From assembly GCF_009914755.1 (NCBI RefSeq), contig NC_060925.1: a stretch of 64,000 nucleotides of DNA. One strand, 5' to 3'. Position numbers and translations under genes: made by a program. Below the pieces are notes generated by a model. The model did no database searches. It saw only the letters and a program-made list of their open reading frames with translations, and had not been told where the DNA came from. Below are positions 1 to 15,500 of the stretch, in pieces. This stretch comes from the human T2T-CHM13v2.0 reference genome, Homo sapiens. Numbering within the stretch: position 1 is the stretch's first letter; each line of letters starts with the position of its first letter.

Positions 1-241
1 TCCATGGACTCGAATGCAATCATCATCGAATGGAATGGAATGGAATCATCGAATGGACTCGAATGGAATAATCATTGAACGGAATCGAATGGAATCATCA
101 TCGGATGGAAACGAATGGAATCATCATCGAATGGAAATGAAAGGAGTCATCATCTAATGGAATTGCATGGAATCATCATCAAATGGAATCGAATGGAATC
201 AACATCAAATGGAATCAAATGGAATCATTGAACGGAATTGA

Positions 242-2017
242 ATGGAATCGTCATCGAATGAATTGACTGCAATCATCGAATGGTCTCGAATGGAATCATC
301 TTCAAATGGAATGGAATGGAATCATCGCATAGAATCGAATGGAATTATCATCGAATGGAATCGAATGGAATCAACATCAAACGGAAAAAAACGGAATTAT
401 CGAATGGAATCGAAGAGAATCATCGAATGGACCCGAATGGAATCATCTAATGGAATGGAATGGAATAATCCATGGACTCGAATGCAATCATCATCGAATG
501 GAATCGAATGGAATCATCGAATGGACTCGAATGGAATAATCATTGAACGGAATCGAATGGAATCATCATTGGATGGAAATGAATGGAATCATCATCGAAT
601 GGAATCGAATAGAATTATGGAATGAAATCCAGTGTGATCATCATCGAATGGACCCGAATGGAATCATCATCCAACGGAAGCTAATGGAATCAACATCGAA
701 TGAATCGAATGGAAACACCATCGAATTGAAACGAATGGAATTATCATGAAATTGAAATGGATGGACTCATCATCGAATGGATTCGAATGGAATCATCGAA
801 TAAAATTGATTGAAATCATCATCGAATGGAATCGAATGGTATCATTGAATGGAATCGAATGGAATCATCATCAGATGGGAATGAATGGAATCGTCATAGA
901 ATGGAATCGAATGGATTCATTGAATGGAATCAGATGGAATCATCGAATGGACTGGAATGGAATCATTGAATGGACTCGAAAGGGATCATTATTGAATGGA
1001 ATTGAATGGAATCATCGAATGGTCTCGATTGGAATCATTATCAAATGGAATCGAATGGAATCACCGAATAGAATCGAATGGAACAATCATCGAATGGACT
1101 CAAATGGAATTATCCTCCAATGGAATCGAATGGAATTATCGAATGCAATCGAATGGAATTATCGAATGCAATCGAATAGAATCATCGAATGGACTCGAAT
1201 GGAATCATCGAATGGAATGGAATGGAACAGTCAATGAACTCGAATGGAATCATCATTGAATGGAATCGAATGGAATCATCGAGTGGAATCGAATGGAATT
1301 ATGATCAAATGGAATCGAATGTAATCCTCATCAAATGGAATCAAAAATAACCATCATCAATTGGTATTGAATGGAATTGTCATCAAATGGAATTCAAAGG
1401 AATCATCATCAAATGGAACCGAATGGAATCCTCATTGAATGGAAATGAAAGGGGTCATCATCTAATGGAATCGCATGGAATCATCATCAAATGGAATCGA
1501 ATGGAATCATCATCAAATGGAATCTAATGGAATCATTGAACAGAATTGAATGGAATCGTCATCGAATGAATTGAATGCAATCATCGAATGGTCTCGAATG
1601 GAATCATCTTCTAATGGAAAGGAATGGAATCATCGCATAGAATCGAATGGAATTATCATCGAATGGAATCGAATGGTATCAACACCAAACGGAAAAAAAC
1701 GGAATTATCGAATGGAATCGAAGAGAATCTTCGAACGGACCCGAATGGAATCATCTAATGGAATGGAATGGAATAATCCATGGACTCGAATGCAATCATC
1801 ATCGAATGGAATGGAATGGAATCATCGAATGGACTCGAATGGAATAATCATTGAACGGAATCGAATGGAATCATCATCGGATGGAAACGAATGGAATCAT
1901 CATCGAATGGAAATGAAAGGAGTCATCATCTAATGGAATTGCATGGAATCATCATAAAATGGAATCGAATGGAATCAACATCAAATGGAATCAAATGGAA
2001 TCATTGAACGGAATTGA
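242..2017 (+). repeat. Canonical 1,776-bp repeat unit (first full copy, arbitrary phase); chromosome 1q12-type 1.77-kb HSat2 unit (pUC1.77/D1Z1-like, HSat2A)
   Basis: Equivalent positions recur at 242, 2018, 3795, 5571, 7347, 9100, 10853, 12583, 14359, 16112, 17888, 19641, 21368, 23118, 24894, 26647, 28423, 30176, 31903, 33653, 35429, 37182, 38490, 40243, 41973, 43726, 45034, 46787, 48517, 50247, 52000, 53730, 55460, 57236, 59012, 60788, 62551. Once-per-unit landmarks include aaatccagtgtgatc, ggaacagtcaatg and tcaaaaataacc. The chromosome assignment rests on the known 1.77-kb EcoRI period of the 1q12 satellite. Confidence 0.88.
1390..1395. other. EcoRI site (GAATTC), one per unit, defining the ~1.77-kb restriction period
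   Basis: aaatggaattcaaagg at 1385-1400, recurring once per unit (e.g. ~3167, ~4943, ~6719). Confidence 0.9.
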
Positions 2018-2380
2018 ATGGAATCGTCATCGAATGAATTGACTGCAATCATCGAATGGTCTCGAATGGAATCATCTTCAAATGGAATGGAATGGAATCA
2101 TCGCATAGAATCGAATGGAATTATCATCGAATGGAATCGAATGGAATCAACATCAAACGGAAAAAAAACGGAATTATCGAATGGAATCGAAGAGAATCAT
2201 CGAATGGACCCGAATGGAATCATCTAATGGAATGGAATGGAATAATCCATGGACTCGAATGCAATCATCATCGAATGGAATCGAATGGAATCATCGAATG
2301 GACTCGAATGGAATAATCATTGAACGGAATCGAATGGAATCATCATTGGATGGAAATGAATGGAATCATCATCGAATGGA
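1430..2380 (+). repeat. Intra-unit 468-bp tandem duplication (block B followed by block A), present in almost every unit
   Basis: ORF-track starts 1550 and 2018 are 468 bp apart with near-identical translations. Paired landmarks: aaaggggtcatc/aaaggagtcatc, aaacggaaaaaaacgg (x2), aatccatggactcg (x2). Diagnostic B/A differences: ttgaatgc/ttgactgc, ttctaatggaaagg/ttcaaatggaatgg, ggtatcaacacc/ggaatcaacatc, tcttcgaacgg/tcatcgaatgg. Confidence 0.93.
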
Positions 2381-5300
2381 ATCGAATAGAATTATGGAAT
2401 GAAATCCAGTGTGATCATCATCGAATGGACCCGAATGGAATCATCATCCAACGGAAGCTAATGGAATCAACATCGAATGAATCGAATGGAAACACCATCG
2501 AATTGAAACGAATGGAATTATCATGAAATTGAAATGGATGGACTCATCATCGAATGGATTCGAATGGAATCATCGAATAAAATTGATTGAAATCATCATC
2601 GAATGGAATCGAATGGTATCATTGAATGGAATCGAATGGAATCATCATCAGATGGGAATGAATGGAATCGTCATAGAATGGAATCGAATGGATTCATTGA
2701 ATGGAATCAGATGGAATCATCGAATGGACTGGAATGGAATCATTGAATGGACTCGAAAGGGATCATTATTGAATGGAATTGAATGGAATCATCGAATGGT
2801 CTCGATTGGAATCATTATCAAATGGAATCGAATGGAATCACCGAATAGAATCGAATGGAACAATCATCGAATGGACTCAAATGGAATTATCCTCCAATGG
2901 AATCGAATGGAATTATCGAATGCAATCGAATGGAATTATCGAATGCAATCGAATAGAATCATCGAATGGACTCGAATGGAATCATCGAATGGAATGGAAT
3001 GGAACAGTCAATGAACTCGAATGGAATCATCATTGAATGGAATCGAATGGAATCATCGAGTGGAATCGAATGGAATTATGATCAAATGGAATCGAATGTA
3101 ATCCTCATCAAATGGAATCAAAAATAACCATCATCAATTGGTATTGAATGGAATTGTCATCAAATGGAATTCAAAGGAATCATCATCAAATGGAACCGAA
3201 TGGAATCCTCATTGAATGGAAATGAAAGGGGTCATCATCTAATGGAATCGCATGGAATCATCATCAAATGGAATCGAATGGAATCATCATCAAATGGAAT
3301 CTAATGGAATCATTGAACAGAATTGAATGGAATCGTCATCGAATGAATTGAATGCAATCATCGAATGGTCTCGAATGGAATCATCTTCTAATGGAAAGGA
3401 ATGGAATCATCGCATAGAATCGAATGGAATTATCATCGAATGGAATCGAATGGTATCAACACCAAACGGAAAAAAACGGAATTATCGAATGGAATCGAAG
3501 AGAATCTTCGAACGGACCCGAATGGAATCATCTAATGGAATGGAATGGAATAATCCATGGACTCGAATGCAATCATCATCGAATGGAATGGAATGGAATC
3601 ATCGAATGGACTCGAATGGAATAATCATTGAACGGAATCGAATGGAATCATCATCGGATGGAAACGAATGGAATCATCATCGAATGGAAATGAAAGGAGT
3701 CATCATCTAATGGAATTGCATGGAATCATCATAAAATGGAATCGAATGGAATCAACATCAAATGGAATCAAATGGAATCATTGAACGGAATTGAATGGAA
3801 TCGTCATCGAATGAATTGACTGCAATCATCGAATGGTCTCGAATGGAATCATCTTCAAATGGAATGGAATGGAATCATCGCATAGAATCGAATGGAATTA
3901 TCATCGAATGGAATCGAATGGAATCAACATCAAACGGAAAAAAACGGAATTATCGAATGGAATCGAAGAGAATCATCGAATGGACCCGAATGGAATCATC
4001 TAATGGAATGGAATGGAATAATCCATGGACTCGAATGCAATCATCATCGAATGGAATCGAATGGAATCATCGAATGGACTCGAATGGAATAATCATTGAA
4101 CGGAATCGAATGGAATCATCATTGGATGGAAATGAATGGAATCATCATCGAATGGAAACGAATAGAATTATGGAATGAAATCCAGTGTGATCATCATCGA
4201 ATGGACCCGAATGGAATCATCATCCAACGGAAGCTAATGGAATCAACATCGAATGAATCGAATGGAAACACCATCGAATTGAAACGAATGGAATTATCAT
4301 GAAATTGAAATGGATGGACTCATCATCGAATGGATTCGAATGGAATCATCGAATAAAATTGATTGAAATCATCATCGAATGGAATCGAATGGTATCATTG
4401 AATGGAATCGAATGGAATCATCATCAGATGGAAATGAATGGAATCGTCATAGAATGGAATCGAATGGATTCATTGAATGGAATCAGATGGAATCATCGAA
4501 TGGACTGGAATGGAATCATTGAATGGACTCGAAAGGGATCATGATTGAATGGAATTGAATGGAATCATCGAATGGTCTCGATTGGAATCATTATCAAATG
4601 GAATGGAATGGAATCACCGAATAGAATCGAATGGAACAATCATCGAATGGACTCAAATGGAATTATCCTCAAATGGAATCGAATGGAATTATCGAATGCA
4701 ATCGAATGGAATTATCGAATGCAATCGAATAGAATCATCGAATGGACTCGAATGGAATCATCGAATGGAATGGAATGGAACAGTCAATGAACTCGAATGG
4801 AATCATCATTGAATGGAATCGAATGGAATCATCGAGTGGAATCGAATGGAATTATGATCAAATGGAATCGAATGTAATCCTCATCAAATGGAATCAAAAA
4901 TAACCATCATCAATTGGTATTGAATGGAATTGTCATCAAATGGAATTCAAAGGAATCATCATCAAATGGAACCGAATGGAATCCTCATTGAATGGAAATG
5001 AAAGGGGTCATCATCTAATGGAATCGCATGGAATCATCATCAAATGGAATCGAATGGAATCATCATCAAATGGAATCTAATGGAATCATTGAACAGAATT
5101 GAATGGAATCGTCATCGAATGAATTGAATGCAATCATCGAATGGTCTCGAATGGAATCATCTTCTAATGGAAAGGAATGGAATCATCGCATAGAATCGAA
5201 TGGAATTATCATCGAATGGAATCGAATGGTATCAACACCAAACGGAAAAAAACGGAATTATCGAATGGAATCGAAGAGAATCTTCGAACGGACCCGAATG

Positions 5301-8300
5301 GAATCATCTAATGGAATGGAATGGAATAATCCATGGACTCGAATGCAATCATCATCGAATGGAATGGAATGGAATCATCGAATGGACTCGAATGGAATAA
5401 TCATTGAACGGAATCGAATGGAATCATCATCGGATGGAAACGAATGGAATCATCATCGAATGGAAATGAAAGGAGTCATCATCTAATGGAATTGCATGGA
5501 ATCATCATAAAATGGAATCGAATGGAATCAACATCAAATGGAATCAAATGGAATCATTGAACGCAATTGAATGGAATCGTCATCGAATGAATTGACTGCA
5601 ATCATCGAATGGTCTCGAATGGAATCATCTTCAAATGGAATGGAATGGAATCATCGCATAGAATCGAATGGAATTATCATCGAATGGAATCGAATGGAAT
5701 CAACATCAAACGGAAAAAAACGGAATTATCGAATGGAATCGAAGAGAATCATCGAATGGACCCGAATGGAATCATCTAATGGAATGGAATGGAATAATCC
5801 ATGGACTCGAATGCAATCATCATCGAATGGAATCGAATGGAATCATCGAATGGACTCGAATGGAATAATCATTGAACGGAATCGAATGGAATCATCATTG
5901 GATGGAAATGAATGGAATCATCATCGAATGGAATCGAATAGAATTATGGAATGAAATCCAGTGTGATCATCATCGAATGGACCCGAATGGAATCATCATC
6001 CAACGGAAGCTAATGGAATCAACATCGAATGAATCGAATGGAAACACCATCGAATTGAAACGAATGGAATTATCATGAAATTGAAATGGATGGACTCATC
6101 ATCGAATGGATTCGAATGGAATCATCGAATAAAATTGATTGAAATCATCATCGAATGGAATCGAATGGTATCATTGAATGGAATCGAATGGAATCATCAT
6201 CAGATGGAAATGAATGGAATCGTCATAGAATGGAATCGAATGGATTCATTGAATGGAATCAGATGGAATCATCGAATGGACTGGAATGGAATCATTGAAT
6301 GGACTCGAAAGGGATCATTATTGAATGGAATTGAATGGAATCATCGAATGGTCTCGATTGGAATAATTATCAAATGGAATCGAATGGAATCACCGAATAG
6401 AATCGAATGGAACAATCATCGAATGGACTCAAATGGAATTATCCTCAAATGGAATCGAATGGAATTATCGAATGCAATCGAATGGAATTATCGAATGCAA
6501 TCGAATAGAATCATCGAATGGACTCGAATGGAATCATCGAATGGAATGGAATGGAACAGTCAATGAACTCGAATGGAATCATCATTGAATGGAATCGAAT
6601 GGAATCATCGAGTGGAATCGAATGGAATTATGATCAAATGGAATCGAATGTAATCATCATCAAATGGAATCAAAAATAACCATCATCAATTGGTATTGAA
6701 TGGAATTGTCATCAAATGGAATTCAAAGGAATCATCATCAAATGGAACCGAATGGAATCCTCATTGAATGGAAATGAAAGGGGTCATCATCTAATGGAAT
6801 CGCATGGAATCATCATCAAATGGAATCGAATGGAATCATCATCAAATGGAATCTAATGGAATCATTGAACAGAATTGAATGGAATCGTCATCGAATGAAT
6901 TGAATGCAATCATCGAATGGTCTCGAATGGAATCATCTTCTAATGGAAAGGAATGGAATCATCGCATAGAATCGAATGGAATTATCATCGAATGGAATCG
7001 AATGGTATCAACACCAAACGGAAAAAAACGGAATTATCGAATGGAATCGAAGAGAATCTTCGAACGGACCCGAATGGAATCATCTAATGGAATGGAATGG
7101 AATAATCCATGGACTCGAATGCAATCATCATCGAATGGAATGGAATGGAATCATCGAATGGACTCGAATGGAATAATCATTGAACGGAATCGAATGGAAT
7201 CATCATCGGATGGAAACGAATGGAATCATCATCGAATGGAAATGAAAGGAGTCATCATCTAATGGAATTGCATGGAATCATCATAAAATGGAATCGAATG
7301 GAATCAACATCAAATGGAATCAAATGGAATCATTGAACGCAATTGAATGGAATCGTCATCGAATGAATTGACTGCAATCATCGAATGGTCTCGAATGGAA
7401 TCATCTTCAAATGGAATGGAATGGAATCATCGCATAGAATCGAATGGAATTATCATCGAATGGAATCGAATGGAATCAACATCAAACGGAAAAAAACGGA
7501 ATTATCGAATGGAATCGAAGAGAATCATCGAATGGACCCGAATGGAATCATCTAATGGAATGGAATGGAATAATCCATGGACTCGAATGCAATCATCATC
7601 GAATGGAATCGAATGGAATCATCGAATGGACTCGAATGGAATAATCATTGAACGGAATCGAATGGAATCATCATCGGATGGAAATGAATGGAATCATCAT
7701 CGAATGGAATCGAATAGAATTATGGAATGAAATCCAGTGTGATCATCATCGAATGGACCCGAATGGAATCATCATCCAACGGAAGCTAATGGAATCAACA
7801 TCGAATGAATCGAATGGAAACACCATCGAATTGAAACGAATGGAATTATCATGAAATTGAAATGGATGGACTCATCATCGAATGGATTCGAATGGAATCA
7901 TCGAATAAAATTGATTGAAATCATCATCCAATGGAATCGAATGGAATCATCATCAGATGGAAATGAATGGAATCGTCATAGAATGGAATCGAATGGATTC
8001 ATTGAATGGAATCAGATGGAATCATCGAATGGACTGGAATGGAATCATTGAATGGACTCGAAAGGGATCATTATTGAATGGAATTGAATGGAATCATCGA
8101 ATGGTCTCGATTGGAATCATTATCAAATGGAATCGAATGGAATCACCGAATAGAATCGAATGGAACAATCATCGAATGGACTCAAATGGAATTATCCTCA
8201 AATGGAATCGAATGGAATTATCGAATGCAATCGAATGGAATTATCGAATGCAATCGAATAGAATCATCGAAAGGACTCGAATGGAATCATCGAATGGAAT

Positions 8301-11300
8301 GGAATGGAACAGTCAATGAACTCGAATGGAATCATCATTGAATGGAATCGAATGGAATCATCGAGTGGAATCGAATGGAATTATGATCAAATGGAATCGA
8401 ATGTAATCATCATCAAATGGAATCAAAAATAACCATCATCAATTGGTATTGAATGGAATTGTCATCAAATGGAATTCAAAGGAATCATCATCAAATGGAA
8501 CCGAATGGAATCCTCATTGAATGGAAATGAAAGGGGTCATCATCTAATGGAATCGCATGGAATCATCATCAAATGGAATCGAATGGAATCATCATCAAAT
8601 GGAATCTAATGGAATCATTGAACAGAATTGAATGGAATCGTCATCGAATGAATTGAATGCAATCATCGAATGGTCTCGAATGGAATCATCTTCTAATGGA
8701 AAGGAATGGAATCATCGCATAGAATCGAATGGAATTATCATCGAATGGAATCGAATGGTATCAACACCAAACGGAAAAAAACGGAATTATCGAATGGAAT
8801 CGAAGAGAATCTTCGAACGGACCCGAATGGAATCATCTAATGGAATGGAATGGAATAATCCATGGACTCGAATGCAATCATCATCGAATGGAATGGAATG
8901 GAATCATCGAATGGACTCGAATGGAATAATCATTGAACGGAATCGAATGGAATCATCATCAGATGGAAACGAATGGAATCATCATCGAATGTAAATGAAA
9001 GGAGTCATCATCTAATGGAATTGCATGGAATCATCATCAAATGGAATCGAATGGAATCAACATCAAATGGAATCAAATGGAATCATTGAACGGAATTGAA
9101 TGGAATCGTCATCGAATGAATTGACTGCAATCATCGAATGGTCTCGAATGGAATCATCTTCAAATGGAATGGAATGGAATCATCGCATAGAATCGAATGG
9201 AATTATCATCGAATGGAATCGAATGGAATCAACATCAAACGGAAAAAAACGGAATTATCGAATGGAATCGAAGAGAATCATCGAATGGACCCGAATGGAA
9301 TCATCTAATGGAATGGAATGGAATAATCCATGGACTCGAATGCAATCATCATCGAATGGAATCGAATGGAATCATTGAATGGACTCGAATGGAATAATCA
9401 TTGAACGGAATCGAATGGAATCATCATCGGATGGAAATGAATGGAATCATCATCGAATGGAATCGAATAGAATTATGGAATGAAATCCAGTGTGATCATC
9501 ATCGAATGGACCCGAATGGAATCATCATCCAACGGAAGCTAATGGAATCAACATCGAATGAATCGAATGGAAACACCATCGAATTGAAACGAATGGAATT
9601 ATCATGAAATTGAAATGGATGGACTCATCATCGAATGGATTCGAATGGAATCATCGAATAAAATTGATTGAAATCATCATCCAATGGAATCGAATGGTAT
9701 CATTGAATGGAATCGAATGGAATCATCATCAGATGGAAATGAATGGAATCGTCATAGAATGGAATCGAATGGATTCATTGAATGGAATCAGATGGAATCA
9801 TCGAATGGACTGGAATGGAATCATTGAATGGACTCGAAAGGGATCATTATTGAATGGAATTGAATGGAATCATCGAATGGTCTCGATTGCAATCATTATC
9901 AAATGGAATCGAATGGAATCACCGAATAGAATCGAATGGAACAAACATCGAATGGACTCAAATGGAATTAACCTCCAATGGAATCGAATGGAATTATCGA
10001 ATGCAATCGAATAGAATCATCGAATGGACTCGAATGGAATCATCGAATGGAATGGAATGGAACAGTCAATGAACTCGAATGGAATCATCATTGAATGGAA
10101 TCGAATGGAATCATCGAGTGGAATCGAATGGAATTATGATCAAATGGAATCGAATGTAATCCTCATCAAATGGAATCAAAAATAACCATCATCAATTGGT
10201 ATTGAATGGAATTGTCATCAAATGGAATTCAAAGGAATCATCATCAAATGGAACCGAATGGAATCCTCATTGAATGGAAATGAAAGGGGTCATCATCTAA
10301 TGGAATCGCATGGAATCATCATCAAATGGAATCGAATGGAATCATCATCAAATGGAATCTAATGGAATCATTGAACAGAATTGAATGGAATCGTCATCGA
10401 ATGAATTGAATGCAATCATCGAATGGTCTCGAATGGAATCATCTTCTAATGGAAAGGAATGGAATCATCGCATAGAATCGAATGGAATTATCATCGAATG
10501 GAATCGAATGGTATCAACACCAAACGGAAAAAAACGGAATTATCGAATGGAATCGAAGAGAATCTTCGAACGGACCCGAATGGAATCATCTAATGGAATG
10601 GAATGGAATAATCCATGGACTCGAATGCAATCATCATCGAATGGAATGGAATGGAATCATCGAATGGACTCGAATGGAATAATCATTGAACGGAATCGAA
10701 TGGAATCATCATCGGATGGAAACGAATGGAATCATCATCGAATGGAAATGAAAGGAGTCATCATCTAATGGAATTGCATGGAATCATCATAAAATGGAAT
10801 CGAATGGAATCAACATCAAATGGAATCAAATGGAATCATTGAACGCAATTGAATGGAATCGTCATCGAATGAATTGACTGCAATCATCGAATGGTCTCGA
10901 ATGGAATCATCTTCAAATGGAATGGAATGGAATCATCGCATAGAATCGAATGGAATTATCATCGAATGGAATCGAATGGAATCAACATCAAACGGAAAAA
11001 AACGGAATTATCGAATGGAATCGAAGAGAATCATCGAATGGACCCGAATGGAATCATCTAATGGAATGGAATGGAATAATCCATGGACTCGAATGCAATC
11101 ATCATCGAATGGAATCGAATGGAATCATCGAATGGACTCGAATGGAATAATCATTGAACGGAATCGAATGGAATCATCATCGGATGGAAATGAATGGAAT
11201 CATCATCGAATGGAATCGAATAGAATTATGGAATGAAATCCAGTGTGATCATCATCGAATGGACCCGAATGGAATCATCATCCAACGGAAGCTAATGGAA

Positions 11301-12582
11301 TCAACATCGAATGAATCGAATGGAAACACCATCGAATTGAAACGAATGGAATTATCATGAAATTGAAATGGATGGACTCATCATCGAATGGATTCGAATG
11401 GAATCATCGAATAAAATTGATTGAAATCATCATCCAATGGAATCGAATGGAATCATCATCAGATGGAAATGAATGGAATCGTCATAGAATGGAATCGAAT
11501 GGATTCATTGAATGGAATCAGATGGAATCATCGAATGGACTGGAATGGAATCATTGAATGGACTCGAAAGGGATCATTATTGAATGGAATTGAATGGAAT
11601 CATCGAATGGTCTCGATTGCAATCATTATCAAATGGAATCGAATGGAATCACCGAATAGAATCGAATGGAACAATCATCGAATGGACTCAAATGGAATTA
11701 TCCTCCAATGGAATCGAATGGAATTATCGAATGCAATCGAATGGAATCATCGAATGGACTCGAATGGAATCATCGAATGGAATGGAATGGAACAGTCAAT
11801 GAACTCGAATGGAATCATCATTGAATGGAATCGAATGGAATCATCGAGTGGAATCGAATGGAATTATGATCAAATGGAATCGAATGTAATCCTCATCAAA
11901 TGGAATCAAAAATAACCATCATCAATTGGTATTGAATGGAATTGTCATCAAATGGAATTCAAAGGAATCATCATCAAATGGAACCGAATGGAATCCTCAT
12001 TGAATGGAAATGAAAGGGGTCATCATCTAATGGAATCGCATGGAATCATCATCAAATGGAATCGAATGGAATCATCATCAAATGGAATCTAATGGAATCA
12101 TTGAACAGAATTGAATGGAATCGTCATCGAATGAATTGAATGCAATCATCGAATGGTCTCGAATGGAATCATCTTCTAATGGAAAGGAATGGAATCATCG
12201 CATAGAATCGAATGGAATTATCATCGAATGGAATCGAATGGTATCAACACCAAACGGAAAAAAACGGAATTATCGAATGGAATCGAAGAGAATCTTCGAA
12301 CGGACCCGAATGGAATCATCTAATGGAATGGAATGGAATAATCCATGGACTCGAATGCAATCATCATCGAATGGAATGGAATGGAATCATCGAATGGACT
12401 CGAATGGAATAATCATTGAACGGAATCGAATGGAATCATCATCGGATGGAAACGAATGGAATCATCATCGAATGGAAATGAAAGGAGTCATCATCTAATG
12501 GAATTGCATGGAATCATCATAAAATGGAATCGAATGGAATCAACATCAAATGGAATCAAATGGAATCATTGAACGCAATTGA

Positions 12583-15500
12583 ATGGAATCGTCATCGAAT
12601 GAATTGACTGCAATCATCGAATGGTCTCGAATGGAATCATCTTCAAATGGAATGGAATGGAATCATCGCATAGAATCGAATGGAATTATCATCGAATGGA
12701 ATCGAATGGAATCAACATCAAACGGAAAAAAACAGAATTATCGTATGGAATCGAAGAGAATCATCGAATGGACCCGAATGGAATCATCTAATGGAATGGA
12801 ATGGAATAATCCATGGACTCGAATGCAATCATCATCGAATGGAATCGAATGGAATCATCGAATGGACTCGAATGGAATAATCATTGAACGGAATCGAATG
12901 GAATCATCATCGGATGGAAATGAATGGAATCATCATCGAATGGAATCGAATAGAATTATGGAATGAAATCCAGTGTGATCATCATCGAATGGACCCGAAT
13001 GGAATCATCATCCAACGGAAGCTAATGGAATCAACATCGAATGAATCGAATGGAAACACCATCGAATTGAAACGAATGGAATTATCATGAAATTGAAATG
13101 GATGGACTCATCATCGAATGGATTCGAATGGAATCATCGAATAAAATTGATTGAAATCATCATCCAATGGAATCGAATGGTATCATTGAATGGAATCGAA
13201 TGGAATCATCATCAGATGGAAATGAATGGAATCGTCATAGAATGGAATCGAATGGATTCATTGAATGGAATCAGATGGAATCATCGAATGGACTGGAATG
13301 GAATCATTGAATGGACTCGAAAGGGATCATTATTGAATGAAATTGAATGGAATCATCGAATGGTCTCGATTGGAATCATTATCAAATGGAATCGAATGGA
13401 ATCACCGAATAGAATCGAATGGAACAATCATCGAATGGACTCAAATGGAATTATCCTCCAATGGAATCGAATGGAATTATCGAATGCAATCGAATGGAAT
13501 TATCGAATGCAATCGAATAGAATCATCGAAAGGACTCGAATGGAATCATCGAATGGAATGGAATGGAACAGTCAATGAACTCGAATGGAATCATCATTGA
13601 ATGGAATCGAATGGAATCATCGAGTGGAATCGAATGGAATTATGATCAAATGGAATCGAATGTAATCATCATCAAATGGAATCAAAAATAACCATCATCA
13701 ATTGGTATTGAATGGAATTGTCATCAAATGGAATTCAAAGGAATCATCATCAAATGGAACCGAATGGAATCCTCATTGAATGGAAATGAAAGGGGTCATC
13801 ATCTAATGGAATCGCATGGAATCATCATCAAATGGAATCGAATGGAATCATCATCAAATGGAATCTAATGGAATCATTGAACAGAATTGAATGGAATCGT
13901 CATCGAATGAATTGAATGCAATCATCGAATGGTCTCGAATGGAATCATCTTCTAATGGAAAGGAATGGAATCATCGCATAGAATCGAATGGAATTATCAT
14001 CGAATGGAATCGAATGGTATCAACACCAAACGGAAAAAAACGGAATTATCGAATGGAATCGAAGAGAATCTTCGAACGGACCCGAATGGAATCATCTAAT
14101 GGAATGGAATGGAATAATCCATGGACTCGAATGCAATCATCATCGAATGGAATGGAATGGAATCATCGAATGGACTCGAATGGAATAATCATTGAACGGA
14201 ATCGAATGGAATCATCATCGGATGGAAACGAATGGAATCATCATCGAATGGAAATGAAAGGAGTCATCATCTAATGGAATTGCATGGAATCATCATAAAA
14301 TGGAATCGAATGGAATCAACATCAAATGGAATCAAATGGAATCATTGAACGGAATTGAATGGAATCGTCATCGAATGAATTGACTGCAATCATCGAATGG
14401 TCTCGAATGGAATCATCTTCAAATGGAATGGAATGGAATCATCGCATAGAATCGAATGGAATTATCATCGAATGGAATCGAATGGAATCAACATCAAACG
14501 GAAAAAAACGGAATTATCAAATGGAATCGAAGAGAATCATCGAATGGACCCGAATGGAATCATCTAATGGAATGGAATGGAATAATCCATGGACTCGAAT
14601 GCAATCATCATCGAATGGAATCGAATGGAATCATTGAATGGACTCGAATGGAATAATCATTGAACGGAATCGAATGGAATCATCATCGGATGGAAATGAA
14701 TGGAATCATCATCGAATGGAATCGAATAGAATTATGGAATGAAATCCAGTGTGATCATCATCGAATGGACCCGAATGGAATCATCATCCAACGGAAGCTA
14801 ATGGAATCAACATCGAATGAATCGAATGGAAACACCATCGAATTGAAACGAATGGAATTATCATGAAATTGAAATGGATGGACTCATCATCGAATGGATT
14901 CGAATGGAATCATCGAATAAAATTGATTGAAATCATCATCCAATGGAATCGAATGGTATCATTGAATGGAATCGAATGGAATCATCATCAGATGGAAATG
15001 AATGGAATCGTCATAGAATGGAATCGAATGGATTCATTGAATGGAATCAGATGGAATCATCGAATGGACTGGAATGGAATCATTGAATGGACTCGAAAGG
15101 GATCATTATTGAATGGAATTGAATGGAATCATCGAATGGTCTCGATTGCAATCATTATCAAATGGAATCGAATGGAATCACCGAATAGAATCGAATGGAA
15201 CAATCATCGAATGGACTCAAATGGAATTATCCTCCAATGGAATCGAATGGAATTATCGAATGCAATCGAATAGAATCATCGAATGGACTCGAATGGAATC
15301 ATCGAATGGAATGGAATGGAACAGTCAATGAACTCGAATGGAATCATCATTGAATGGAATCGAATGGAATCATCGAGTGGAATCGAATGGAATTATGATC
15401 AAATGGAATCGAATGTAATCCTCATCAAATGGAATCAAAAATAACCATCATCAATTGGTATTGAATGGAATTGTCATCAAATGGAATTCAAAGGAATCAT

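Noticed and set aside
797-818. AATAAA (799-804) poly(A)-like signal and TGATT-GA-AATCA mini-palindrome (807-818), once per unit
   Set aside because: Short motifs easily arise from AT-rich satellite drift. There is no downstream GU-rich element or transcript evidence in the sequence alone.
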